A DNA stretch of 63,093 bases, filler included, from Asterionella formosa (GCA_002256025.1; 17 parts of 17 records of this genome joined end to end with filler, not necessarily neighbours in it); one strand, 5' to 3'. Shown: positions 23,320 through 36,136, counted from the whole stretch's first letter. Program-made: numbers and translations. The notes: generated from the letters alone by a model not told the origin.

Positions 23320-24005
23320 AGCCTTAAGGTTGCTGCATTTGAACCCCTAGCTCGAGGTAGGGTTGCTACATAAAAAAATATTGAGTCAGACTAATCAAAC
23401 ACATACTCTCCACATATAAATTAAATATGTATAACGCTCAACGGAGCTTTCACCAATACAAACCCTTTCCATATGCTTACATACAGTCTTCGGACAAAGT
23501 AGGGGTGTAGGTCCACTCTATATATCGTCAGTATATAGGATCTGGTCAGAAACTGCAGAAAGGAACTTCGGTTTTTTAACTTTGCTAAAAATACTCGAAA
23601 ATTCGGGGGAAATCTGTTCATTTGGCATAGTAAAAAAACCGAAGTTCCTTTCTGCAGTTTCTCGCCAGAGGTTATATACTGATGCTATTTGAAAGTTACC
23701 TATGTATCTAAATCGTCTTCAGACCCAGCCAACGTTCAGCTCTCGTCGTCCAAAAACTCGACAAAATCGGCCTTTTCTACGGTCGCCAAAATATCGGAAT
23801 CAGAATTACTATGAGCCAAAACGTCATCATCAGAATGGTAGTCGTGTGCCGGAATTTGTAGTCCTAAAATCTCCTGTCCAACAAATTCCATTGTAAGTGC
23901 CCGCTTCCACATATATAATATGATTGGTGAACGTGAATTACATTCCTCTGTTTGATTGGCCTGATCTGCAGGGCGTTGCAAACTTACGCCGGCCACCTGG
24001 TGCAA
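23320..24005. mobile_element. Non-autonomous foldback/MITE-like element, diverged relative of 57124-58230
   Basis: Internal inverted repeat GAAACTGCAGAAAGGAACTTCGGTTTTTT at ~23549 and ~23633; 23740-24000 homologous to 57945-58205. Confidence 0.55.
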
Positions 24006-24646
24006 GGCTACCTGGTACCTGGTACCACAGGAACAAAGTGAACTGTTCGTACATACGGTAACCCGTAAACAAATTTTCACTGTTGACACTCATTTTCAGT
24101 GTCGGAACTTTCGCATCGTCGTGCGTCATACATCCATGATCTATATCGGTATGATGTACGGAAGCGTCATCACAGAACATACCTTATGTACCTGACACTA
24201 GGGTTCTCATTTCATCGGTCGTGGCAAGAAATAAATACATCGAAGATAGACGGTCGAGTCAAAACTATGTCATGATAAGCAAAACTCCTTAACCAATGAT
24301 TATTGACGCCCAAGCAAGTGCATTATAATGTCAGTGCCACGTCAAGCTAATCGTGTATAGAAGGGGCTAATCGAGAAATGATTGGTTGACAGTCCTTGTT
24401 GTTAGAGTGCGTCATTTCTCATGAAGTGATATTGTACCCTACCAGGCAACTGGAGTACCAGTATTGATGAAAGACGTTCGAGAGTTGTGCCTACGTCGGT
24501 CCTTCCGACTCGAGGAGATCCATTCAAGATTTGTGCAATAAAAGATAAGCAACAGCCAAAGGAGGAGGAGTCTTTCGCCTTCTCACAATCAGAAGGTGCG
24601 GAACTCGAGTAACGAATCAGCTCTCACGCATATTATTTTCATCACG

Positions 24647-25012
24647 ATGAGCTACACTTTCAGTGCCTCTACCTTCAATGATACCACCAGTACCCGCCCC
24701 AAGAGTACAGATACCCTCAGAAGCGAAATGCTGGCTTCGTCTATAATGATGATTTCGATATCCGAAGATGAGCCTCTTTCGAATCTCGGTTTCAGATCAA
24801 CATTGTGTTCCTCAAATTCAAGCATGGAGGACAGCGCAAGCAGTCTGAGTGGATGGGGCAACTCCATGACAAGAACCTCATATAAGGTTGACCTTTCGAC
24901 ACTCTGCGGACAAGACCAGGAAGTGAGCTTCTGCTCTGTGTCAACATGCCCGACGGACTCCGTAGATTCATGGGGTTTCTTTGTCGACTCAATACCATCA
25001 AGAAGACACTAA
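24647..25012 (+). CDS. Small Ser/Thr-rich hypothetical protein (121 aa)
   Basis: Clean single-exon ORF from ATG 24647 in non-repetitive DNA; GWGNS..R.SY..DL and DSWGFFVD motifs. Confidence 0.6.
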   Translation: MSYTFSASTFNDTTSTRPKSTDTLRSEMLASSIMMISISEDEPLSNLGFRSTLCSSNSSMEDSASSLSGWGNSMTRTSYKVDLSTLCGQDQEVSFCSVSTCPTDSVDSWGFFVDSIPSRRH

Positions 25013-25300
25013 GCGTTGTTAGCCTCTACATATGAAAAAACCTAGCGTCAAGGCACTGAAACTAAATCACCTGTACAAATGCTTCGTTTCACCTGCCACC
25101 TGCATAAAACCATCCCATTCATCACGAAAAAGCTATATATATATGACCTTCCGCAATTCAGCTTGCTATATGGAAAATTTCCAACTGTACAAAGCTAAAC
25201 TAATGACAAGTAATAAATAAAACTGTAGCAAAACAATAATGACTTCTCTAAGCGAAGAAATAGCGCCGAAAAATTCAAATATTTTAGTTTGCATTGATAA

Positions 25301-26831
25301 TCACGTTAATCTCATCGAAATGCCTCCGTCCGGACTCTGTGGCTTCCGTTGATTTTCGTAAACAAGTTTCAAGCAACCAATCCTTTTGTGACTGGAATCC
25401 TTCGGATCTATCAACAACGCAGCATCGATGGTGTCACACATGAGATTTTCAATCACTGCCGAAAGTCTATTTCCTGTTTGCTTAAAGTCTGGGCCAGGAT
25501 TTAGCTCGAGTAAAAACACCTTCCAATTCGCTGTAACAACAAAATCTAAACCATAGTGCTCAAAGCACTTGTCAATCGGCGCGAAAACTCCGAACTCATT
25601 CTTATACGCTCGAAAGACCTCCCCAGTTATTTCTTCCATATCAAGAATCACGCGATTTACCCTCTCACATGCCTCCTTGTGAGTTAGGCAAGTCCCATCC
25701 TTGACCAACAAGGTACCCACATCTTCGTCGTTCCATAATCTGACACAATCTGCTTCGGCAAAATTGGGGTCCAAATCTTGATAAGCTGTATTGGTAATGT
25801 GGGCGAATGTGTTTGTTGTATCACCGGGGGTATAGTTTGTTCCAGAACAGAGTGCTAACGATTGTTTGGAAAGATATACTCGAATGGCGTCCAAAGCAAC
25901 GGCGTAGGCTCTAATATGAAACTTGCGCTTTCGTAGGAGTAGAGGTGGCGAAACGTATCTTTGTAAGACCCTGCATCGGTAGGAGAAAATTTGTGAGCAT
26001 ATACTGCCTTCATCACAAAATGAGCATCATTAAATCGACGTATACTTGCCACTCTCTAATATTGCATTCGGTCCAGCATATATCAATCAGTTGCTCATGT
26101 AAGTGAACGATCTGAATTCCTTGCCCCTTATTGACAGTACTTGGCTTCAAAATCCAGGTGGGAGGGTCCGTATTGGGGTTACTCTCAAGTTCTTTCTCAA
26201 ATAATTCCTCTTCGGCATGCATGACCCTCTTGGCTTCCTCTAAACACTTCTCTAGACGGTCTCGCCGACCGGTTCCTCTATCTGACGAAGCACTTCCAAC
26301 AATAACATCGGCAAATCCTGCCTGTGCGCCTCCACCGTAATCCTCCTCCCAGACGGGCCACGTATCAATAATGACAGTCATGGGCAAAGCATCCTTGAGC
26401 AAACTACCTGGGTCCTTGGCGATATGCAACTTTGTATAATGCGCAAGCTGTGCCTTGCGAGAGAGACCTTTCCTGACGCAATACGACGACGCTCCATGCT
26501 TGCCGGCCAAGACAGCCGACCAGTCGATACGCTCGTACTCGGACCATTGAAAGTCGCAACCAGAAGGAAGTGGAAGGGCATCATCACCTTCGCCAGGGCC
26601 CAAAGTGACGGAGCAATTGGGCGCTCGTTTTCGCAATGCAGCTTGAATCACTTTCCGCGTGTACGGCTCGTTGATGTCCAGAAAGAAGGATAGTTCTTTT
26701 GTGGACGGAGGCTCTCTGGTAATTTTGGTACAAGGCTGATCATTAGAATCTTCCTTTTGGCATTTTTCGTTGTCTCCTTTGTTTCCAAGGATATGGAAGC
26801 GCAGTGTTTTGTGGAGCCTGAGCTTCGTCAT
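25301..26831 (-). CDS. Tubulin-tyrosine ligase-like (ATP-grasp) protein; exons 26831-26050 and 25970-25301
   Basis: WILKPSTVNKGQGI, spliced EWVLQRYVSPPLLL..RKFHIRAY, HITN, FEHYGLDF, LLELNPGP; spliced CDS 1452 nt (483 aa). Confidence 0.88.
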
Positions 26832-28124
26832 GGTGGTCTTCAGTGATCTGCATAGACTACTGACTACCCCGGTATTTACTTTTTGAAATGCTTCGATACT
26901 TTAGGACCAAGAAGATAGATTCCGTTGGCATCGCTCAATCACATCAACTGGAAGGGTGAACCAAACAATTACATACTATGATGTTGTGGTAATCATTTGG
27001 GTGGCACTCCTACTAAAGCTCTACCGGTACCTTGTACATGGAAGGCCATGTAGCGCACGTTTTATGCGCACTTTTTCAGTGTCGACTCACTCCCAATGAT
27101 TCATCCCATGCCTACCAGATGGATAGGCTGGCTTTCCATTCCAAACTTTCATAAGTAATATACAATGGCTGTGGATGCAATTTTTAGGGCCATCGGGTAG
27201 GCTTAGTAGGCCTAGGACTACAGTTTATCACTAACCCTAAAATAATAATTTAAAACATTCCATCAGAATGCTTGCTTTGTTGTTCTTGCTCACCATGTTG
27301 TTTACATTCTTTTGCTTTTCTTAACAACTGATTGATCTCCCATGCCACTTCAATAAGAAATTCCATTAAAACACTGACATGAGTTCGAACCACTTGAAGT
27401 GGCACAGGAAGACAAAAAATGAACTCATATTGAGCTATTTTGTTTTAGCCTTGGAGGATGATTGTCTCCATGACTGTTGGATGCATTTTGAGAAGTTGTT
27501 GGAATATATCAACTCCAAATTCAGGCTTGAGGATGACCTGAAGCTCAACAAAGCTTCAATGATGTGGATCATCAAATAACAAGAACTTTGGTGACAGGTC
27601 ATCATAACACAACACAGCCAGTCCAGATTTCCGGTGGCAGGACATCACTTCATCTTTTTTGTTTAACCGCACAAAATGAAGAAAAATAAAAATCATTTCG
27701 TGATATAAAAGTAAAATTACAATCCATTTCAACCTATTTTCAGCAGCTAGTTCGATTAGAATTATCTTCATGAAAGGATATATATATATGATGAAAGAAT
27801 GTACATCATAGGATAATGTTTTGATAGTTACATGGTGTTTTGTTTATTATAAATATGCTGAACCTGTTCACTTTCATAGTATGCATTTATCAAACATATA
27901 ACGAAATATGTATAATGCGGAGAAAAACTCCTCTGTGCCAGTTATCATACAATACCCCTGATCTTATAAGTACGGTACTTTTTATTTCCAGACATTCCCA
28001 TGTCGCAATGCATCCTATTTGCGGTGTCGATAGAAGCAATCAAATCTAAGCTAATAAATAACTTATTTCACATCTTTTGCTTTAATTAGTCATGTTCTTG
28101 TATTGGTCGTCTTTGTAGTCGCTG

Positions 28125-30290
28125 TACAGCAACTGTGAAAGGAGAACGATTTTGAACTTGGGGAGAACAAAGGAAAAGAAGCAAGAATTGCTTACTTTTG
28201 CTTTGGGCCGCCCCTCTATTGCCCCGGTCTTTGTCATTTTCCTTTTTCAGCCATTTACCCTCGTTTTGACGTTTCTGCGTTTAGACGATTTCCGCGTTGA
28301 GACGAAATGATTAGCATAAACCTACATCACTAACAAATCGTGATGCCATCGATTCAACGAGAGAATTGATGATGTTCTTTATTTAGTTTGTTTAAGCGCC
28401 TATCCGCGTTTAGAAGAAATGATTAGCATAAACCTACATCACTAACAAATCGTGATGCCGTCGATTCAACGAGAGAATTGATGATGTTCTTTATTTAGTT
28501 TGTTTAAGCGCCTATACTGCGTCAAGTTGTCCATTTCAGCAAAATTACCGCAACTTGTTGCTGGTATCATTACTCCAACTTAATTTGTACTCCAGAATAT
28601 TTATTTATCATATGAATGGGAAATTTCGTTTTGTCCCCCTAACCCCTAACCCTAACCTCTAACCCGTATCTTTAGATGCTACCTTGGAAGAGTCTAGGGT
28701 TAGGGTTAGGGGACGAAATGTCATTTTCCTATGTATAGTAGAATAAGAAAATTTTACAGGACGCTTTTATTGAAACTTGAATCTATTAGAGTTTGTGGAG
28801 TCGCACTAGGGCCCAAATGGGCCCCACAGTAATGACCAGTGAGGGTGAGTCCATTTAGGGACTCTTACTAGGGGTTGCATACTAGTATGAAACAACCGTT
28901 AAGATTGCAAGCAAAGGCAAGGAACCCACATAAGGCTCTTGGAGTGTGTGTAGACCAGCCAGTATAGGTAGGAACTGAGGGCAGAGAGGAAGGCCAATCA
29001 AGAAGTAGAATGGAAATAACGAAACTGCATGGCCATTTGGGAAGAAACATTTTAAACGAGAGTCCAGAATTTGAAGAATCAATGAAAATGGTAGCCTGAT
29101 ACTATAAGGTGAGAGCAAGATTAGGGTCTTGAGAGACACAGAAAGTATATGGCAAACTATATTGCCATGTCGGTGATGAACTTGAATTTGAATTGTGACT
29201 TCTGGCAGGCCATACCAGGATGAAATGTAGTATGTAAGAGTTAGGTGAGATCACACCTTGTGATATGGAGTTAAGGGCTGAGAGGAGTGCTGTTGTATTG
29301 GGTTGGCTGCTTGATGCCAAGGTATAAGAGTGAGCAAGCAGTACTGTCAAGGTAGTTGCTGGCGGTGGTGTCATTTGGAGTAGAGGGATGAGATAAGCGG
29401 TTTTCGTTGTTGTGGACCGATGCGGCGAGTGTGGATGTGTGAATGGGATCAAGTGTGGTGGTCAGAGGGTCAGAGGGGCGAGTTAGGGTAAAAGATATTG
29501 AATTTCAGTGGAATTATGCACCCAACCAGGCCTTTCCAGTTTCAACCGAAGTTTCAAATGTTGACTTGGAAGGTTTGCGAGAGGATTTGCAGGGGGGGGA
29601 TGAACAGGAGTGAAGGCGACACCAGTGTCAGCCATAGGAATATCAAGAGGAGAAGGAGTGGAAGGAGCGGCATGGGCGGAAAGCACCATGGTAGCGCCGT
29701 GGGAACGGCAGTAGGCCATGTACCAGAGTTGTGTGAATATTACAGGGCAATTAACCCGGAAAGTTCAATGTTGCCTTGCTGAAAAAGTATCATTTTCCTA
29801 TGTATATTACTCCAGTGAGAACCGGTACTTTTACCAGGTAGTACCAGGCGCTACATAGGGCGGAGTATACTACACCATGTAGTAGTACTCCGGTACCAGC
29901 AAGTTGTGGTAATCTTGCTGAAATGGACAACTTGCCGCAAGACAGGCACTCAAAATGACTAAATAGAGGGTGTCATCAATTCTCTCTCCGATTCGACTGT
30001 ATCATGAATTTTTAGTGATGTAGGTATTATGCTAATTATTTTAAACATCAAAACGAGGGCAAATGGCTGAGAAAGGAAAATGACAATGACCAGGGTAATA
30101 GATGGTTGGAACGAAGCAAAAGTAAGCAAATTAAACAAAGGTAAGCAATTCTTGCTCACTTAGCTTTATTCTCTCCAAACTCATAATCATTTTACTTTTC
30201 TGGTCGAACTCAAAATGACTAGTAAATAGAGGGTGCGTGTCATCAATTCTCTTCTTGAATCAACAGTATCATGACTTTTTAGTGATGTAC
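28125..30290. mobile_element. Large foldback element (left arm ~28125-28565, right arm ~29897-30200)
   Basis: CAAGTTGTCCATTTCAGCAA (28523) versus TTGCTGAAATGGACAACTTG (29915); arms share further inverted blocks; left arm carries a 112-bp tandem duplication at 28291-28514. Confidence 0.7.
28618..28710. repeat. Inverted interstitial telomere-like repeats
   Basis: (CCCTAA)-like units, ~30-bp spacer, then TAGGGTTAGGGTTAGGGG, bounded by an imperfect inverted repeat. Confidence 0.7.
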
Positions 30291-30291
30291 T

Positions 30292-30658
30292 ACATCTAAG
30301 CCGCGTATTACGTGAAGTGACCATCACATAAATAAGCCTAGTTGATTTTGAATGCATCACATGAATTAGTTGAATACATCAAAATACGTAGTTGAATATA
30401 TCTATATATTATCTGAATACATCACGTTAAATATTTGATCAAAGTATCATGCATGCATTCCTGATCATCACTATATTATGTGATCACGTTCACATAATTA
30501 TTTGAAATACTTCACATAATTATTTGAAATACTTCACATAATTATTTGAAATACTTCACATAATTATTTGAAATACTTCACATAATTATTTGAAAATACT
30601 TCACATAATTATTTGAAATACTTCACGTAATTCTGTAATTTCGTTCACATAATTCTAG
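30292..30658 (+). repeat. TE terminus with 22-bp subterminal tandem array
   Basis: TACATCTAAGCCGCG end and (CTTCACATAATTATTTGAAATA)x~6; reverse-complement copy at ~43495-43821; similar terminus at ~58883. Confidence 0.75.
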
Positions 30659-30758
30659 NNNNNNNNNNNNNNNNNNNNNNNNNNNNNNNNNNNNNNNNNN
30701 NNTTAATTAATTAANNNNNNNNNNNNNNNNNNNNNNNNNNNNNNNNNNNNNNNNNNNN
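30659..30758. other. Artificial contig-joining spacer (first of 16)
   Basis: N-run TTAATTAATTAA N-run, stops in all six frames; recurs every ~2.03 kb up to 61072-61171. Confidence 0.97.
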
Positions 30759-32049
30759 AGATGATGACGCGGAAGACGAAAGTGATAATAAAGCACAATG
30801 ATACTTGCGGCTTAGAAGAGAAGGGCGGAATCAATTGATGGTAAGAAGTCAAGAGCAAATGCCTTTCATGTTCCTTGTCATGCTGCATCTACTTCTCAAA
30901 TGAAGGATCTCAAGCAACACATGATGCGAAAAACTGAAGTGACAATACAGCGCGATAAGAAGGAGTGAATATGATGGAGAAGGGCGGAATCAACAAGCTG
31001 TGCATAGCATCACGGTTTGTCAACAAGAGTAAATGCCAAGATGATCAATTTCTGGGATTACAAATATAGAATGACTTGTCCCCTTTCAGTGATTCAATAG
31101 CTCCTTTTCGATTTGGTGACTGGTCAACCATCAATGTGGAAAAAAGAAATCGGTAAGTGCTGCCTATCATCCATCTTTGGATCAATCCACAACTGTTAGA
31201 AAAACTGACACATATGTGTGTTGCTTCTTTCAGGGTAATGGTAGACATACAGTATTTGTAAGTTACAAAGAGCAGTGTTGGAGCCCATTTATTGATCAAT
31301 ACTTTGCTTCTCATTCAATCTTCGACTGACACATTCTTCTACAGAAATATGCATCAGCTACAGTAACTTCCTCAATTTGTGGTAAGTGAAGCAAGATAGA
31401 AGCGAAATGAATGTTGTTGTGTAAGCAAAACATGAACAGTTAACAATGAATTGCTTCTCTTTGTTAGTATGGCTGATTGGAACAACGAAACAGATTCAAT
31501 AGTGCGTGAATGCAAACTCAGATCCGTCAGGAGTAAATGGAACAAAGCCAGAGGGGAACAATGACAAGGCAACCAATACAACAACCTTCAGAATTGGATT
31601 GGGGGGGGGAAGGGGGAAGTGAAAGCGGCACCAACAATCATTGCGATGAGAGCATTGTAGAACATTCTGTAGCCACTGAAGATATGATAGAATCATAGAA
31701 CCATTCTTAGCTAAATATAGTTCTAAATTTGATCAATTTCATCCTATTTTAGACAGTGATATCGATGAGAATTACGATCATGCTAAGATAGATGTATGAA
31801 AAAAGAATACACATCATATGAACATGTTTAACTAATTATATGATGCAATGGTATTATATCTATGATAGTCTCATCATACTTCAAGCTCGGTAAAAGTTTA
31901 CTGCATGATCATAATTATATGATACATTGATCATATTTTTGATCGAAAAACTATCATATATGTGAAAATCCTGTGCCACTTAGCGTACGATACCCTTGAT
32001 CATATTTTCATGATATTTTTTATTTACAGACGATACTATTTAAAATAAG

Positions 32050-32350
32050 TGAGGTGAATGGCTTAGTTGGTTGAGCATGTTGCATTTGATCTGAGGTTGT
32101 GTGGTTTGATTCCCGCAATTAATAGGTTGGACCCCCCAGCATACTCCTCACTGTCCTACGCGGTTTTGCCTGGAGTGCAGCATGGAAAAGTGGGTTGCCC
32201 CCCCCCCCTTCAAGCAGAAATCCGTCTTCCTGGGCAGTTGGAGGAGTTTCCCCGAACTGTGCGGCTAAGATGATCACCTTTAGCGAAAGATGGTTGGGGA
32301 CTCAAATACACTAACAAAACTAGGGAAGCACAAGTCTTGTTGGCAGCCCC
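32050..32350 (+). mobile_element. tRNA-derived SINE-like element, copy 2
   Basis: TGGCTTAGTTGG A box, GGTTTGATTCCC B box; body shares GATCACCTTT.GCGAAAG.TGGTTGGGGACT and AACTAGGGAAGCAC with copy 1. Confidence 0.65.
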
Positions 32351-32789
32351 GTGCTATGAAAAAACCCATGTGTAAACATGATGTCTTAGAAAGCGCAATA
32401 TAAGTAATCACCATTTTATTAAAAAAAAGAAAGCGACAATACTGTCTTAGTATCCAAACAATTAGGTATCACCTTGTACTTTTTGGATGGTTGAGGCTTT
32501 TTTCTTGCTTTCAGTTTCATCATTGTCAATGAGATGAATGCGATTTGTTTCATTTTGTGGTGTGTCGAAAGCAATTTCTGATGTGAATTACAGTCTCTGA
32601 CATGTAAATTTGGTGCGATTTTTTTGCCTTGAGAAAATTTTGCATTCATTTACTAAGAGAGAATAATTGATTCATTTATTGCTGTAGTANNNNNNNNNNN
32701 NNNNNNNNNNNNNNNNNNNNNNNNNNNNNNNNNTTAATTAATTAANNNNNNNNNNNNNNNNNNNNNNNNNNNNNNNNNNNNNNNNNNNN

Positions 32790-33880
32790 TTTCTCCACCA
32801 ATTTAAGACCGATTTCTATCAAGCAAAGTTTTCGATGTACACGAGATCAAAGTCGTCATGAACAATGTCGATATTCTCAGAAAGACTATATATTGATCAA
32901 TGGAGGCATCAGGATGAGTAAAATTTTTGGATGCTTGTGGACTGATCATCAGTGCTGTGGCAACAAGAATTCCAAACCTCCTTTCTCCACCAATTTAAGG
33001 CCGATTTCTATCCAGCATAGTATTCGATGTCCACGAGAGCAATACCGTCATGGCGAATGGCGATATTCTCAGAATGAACATATATTGATCGAATTGGTCA
33101 TCAGGATGTGTAATATTTCAGTTCCTGTGGGCTGCTGCATGACCAGTATTCCAAACCATCTTCCTCCACCAATGTAAGGCCGATTTATATCCAGCATAGT
33201 ATTCGATGTACACAAGAGCATTGCCGGCATTTCGAATATCGATATTCTCAGAACGAACATATTTTGATTCAATTGGTCATCAGGATATCAAATAAATATT
33301 CGTTGCTTGTGGACTGATCATTAGTACTGTGGCAACAAAACTTCCATACCTCCTTTCTCCACCAATTTCTAGCTGCTCATCCTTCTCTTCTTTTTCTATA
33401 TTGTACTTGCTAGAGTTATCGCTGTAGACTATTTGTAGCCGCTCCGAAAATGAGAAGGCCATCGCGGCACATCTCAATTTCGACTCACTACGGCGACATG
33501 CAAGCAAGGTTGAAATATGCAACAGCTGTTTCTTAACGAATTTACGGATTCAATTGTTGTCAGCTACTCATCCTTTCCTTCTTTTTCTATATTGTACTTG
33601 CTAGAGTTATCGCTGTAGACTATTTGTAGCTGCTCCGAAACGGAGAAGGCCATTGCGGCATATCTCAATTTTGACTCACTACGGCGACATCCAAGGTTGA
33701 AATATGCAACAGCTGTTTCTTAACGAAATAACGGATTCAATTGTTGTCAGCTACTCATCCTTTCCTTCTTTTTCTATATTGTACTTGCTAGAGTTATCGC
33801 TGTAGACTATTTGTAGCTGCTCCGAAACGGAGAAGGCCATTGTGGCACATCTCAATTTTGACTCTCTAGCTACGGCGACA
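32790..33880. repeat. Two abutting tandem arrays with ~180-193 bp units
   Basis: Family A units start near 32790, 32982, 33161, 33354; family B units near 33372, 33563, 33750. Confidence 0.85.
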
Positions 33881-34820
33881 TGCAATGCTAAACAATGCTC
33901 AACGAGTACCAACGGTGCTTTATTTCTAATCTGGCAGGCTATTGTAATCTCTTCAATCAACAATGATTAAACAATGTGTCTACAACATCAACTACTACTA
34001 CGTGTGCTGAATTCTACAGTGTGAATCTTCCTCTTGCATGTGTTATTCTTTGCCAGTTCAGATCAAAGTGATATGTCGGAGCGGAAAAAATAATTAGTGT
34101 ATCGGAATTGGCGACTCTTTCGTTCATTTTATGGTGAAAGCAGCATAATATTGCGGCGGAGCAGCATAATTTCGCTTTTATACTGTTGCGATGGCTAGTT
34201 AGTCAACATATATTGTCACGAACACACATAATTATTGGTGTGATCACATAATTATTCGATAAGTGAAATAAATTTTTGTTTAACCCGAATAAATTACATC
34301 TACAACGCCGATTACTGGTACAGCCGCCACAAAAAAAACGCTAGTCAAATATGATCACCCAAATTAATTATTTGGGTGGCCCAATATGACGAATTTAGCT
34401 ACGTGCATAATTTAAGGGTATGACATCACAAAAAAATATGATGCATCATACAATATATATGGACGGAGTGAACTTAAATAGTTTCGACAACTTCCATAAT
34501 TATTTTAGAAACCCACATAATTTTTGGGGCCAACTGACAATATTTTCTGGCGACACGAAGAAAAATTTGTTCAGTAATAATCTCTATAATACGGTACTTT
34601 TCTCGACAATTCGCAACATTTCCGTTCACAAATATTCTTCACTCTGACTACCATTAATTCTGTTAGTTTGCTCCCATTTTATCTTTACTTTGATCACATT
34701 AATACCTCAAGGTTAAACAANNNNNNNNNNNNNNNNNNNNNNNNNNNNNNNNNNNNNNNNNNNNTTAATTAATTAANNNNNNNNNNNNNNNNNNNNNNNN
34801 NNNNNNNNNNNNNNNNNNNN

Positions 34821-36110
34821 GATATTGATATTGGACCGAAATCTCCAACATCAACTTCCACTTCTACTTTTTCAATTGAATTAGATGATGAACCTCTGCT
34901 TACATGTTTCCTTAATCATCCCATCTTGACAGACAATATTCAATATCCTCTGGATTATCATTTAATACATGATAGACAATTGCTGGATATACAATTGATT
35001 CTCAATCAACAAACACATCCATTAAAATTTCCTTCTATCAATTTTCATGATATATTCTTAATATGTTTTGTGAAGAACCCAGGAGATACTTGGCGTATTG
35101 CTATTCCTACATCATTATTGGATCCTATTATTAATTGGTATCATCAGATGTTAGCTCATGTGGGTATGACAAGATTAAATGCTACAATTGCTACACATTT
35201 TTATCACCCTATATTAAAAACAAGAGTGGAACATATTGTAAGAGTATGTGAAGCATGTCAACGTACAAAATTACCTGGTACTGGTTTTGGTGAACTTCCA
35301 CCCAGGAATGCATTATTATTACCATGGTCAGAAGTCGCAGTAGATCTAATTGGTCCATGGAAGATAACAGTGGCTGCTCAAACGATTGAATTTCGTGCTC
35401 TAACTTGTATTGACACAGTCACCAATTTAGCAGAAATTTCACGTATCATCAATAAAACATCAGAATATATTGCAATGAAATTTGAAAATGATTGGTTAGC
35501 CAGATATCCCCGTCCAGAACGTTGTATACATGACAATGGAGGTGAATTTACTGGTGCTCCTTTCTTACACATGTTAGTATTGAATGGAATCAAAGATGTG
35601 ACTACCACAGTAAAGAATCCACAAGCAAATGCTATCTGTGAACGTTTCCATCAATCTATCAGCAATAGTCTACGAGTTATGTTAAAGGCTCATCCTCCAA
35701 TCAATGAATTTCAAGCCCAAAATATTGTGGATACATGTTTTGCAGCTGCGTCATATGCAGCTCGAGCTACTATTCATAGTATATTACGTATTTCACCAGG
35801 AGCATGGGTTTTCCAACGTGATATGATATTAAATATTCCTTTGATTACAGATTTACAATTAATACATCAACGTCGACAGGTGATAATTGACGAACGTTTA
35901 CGTCGTGCAAATTTCCGTCGTCGATCTTATGATTACAAAGTGGGTGACGAGATTTTAATATTATTGGATAATCCTACTACTTTGGATGATCGTGGACGAG
36001 GTCCTTATACTATTATTCAAGTACATGCCAATGGTACAGTTACTTTTCAACGCACTATGCATATTACCGAACGAATTAATATTCGTCGTATCAAACCTTT
36101 TCATAGGTAA
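34821..36110 (+). CDS. Ty3/gypsy Pol, integrase part (5' partial)
   Basis: H-x4-H...C-x2-C zinc finger, VDLIGPW, HDNGGEF, NPQANAICER, GPY motif; followed by PPT and LTR. Confidence 0.92.
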   Translation, partial: DIDIGPKSPTSTSTSTFSIELDDEPLLTCFLNHPILTDNIQYPLDYHLIHDRQLLDIQLILNQQTHPLKFPSINFHDIFLICFVKNPGDTWRIAIPTSLLDPIINWYHQMLAHVGMTRLNATIATHFYHPILKTRVEHIVRVCEACQRTKLPGTGFGELPPRNALLLPWSEVAVDLIGPWKITVAAQTIEFRALTCIDTVTNLAEISRIINKTSEYIAMKFENDWLARYPRPERCIHDNGGEFTGAPFLHMLVLNGIKDVTTTVKNPQANAICERFHQSISNSLRVMLKAHPPINEFQAQNIVDTCFAAASYAARATIHSILRISPGAWVFQRDMILNIPLITDLQLIHQRRQVIIDERLRRANFRRRSYDYKVGDEILILLDNPTTLDDRGRGPYTIIQVHANGTVTFQRTMHITERINIRRIKPFHR

Positions 36111-36136
36111 AAGGTTTTCCCTCAAGTGTGGGAGAG

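Noticed and set aside
30489..30640. 22-bp repeats as a CRISPR array
   Set aside because: Head-to-tail units with no spacers, no cas genes, eukaryotic context.
30703..30714. Recurrent TTAATTAATTAA as a biological motif, and ORFs ending in X...LIN
   Set aside because: Synthetic six-frame stop linker.
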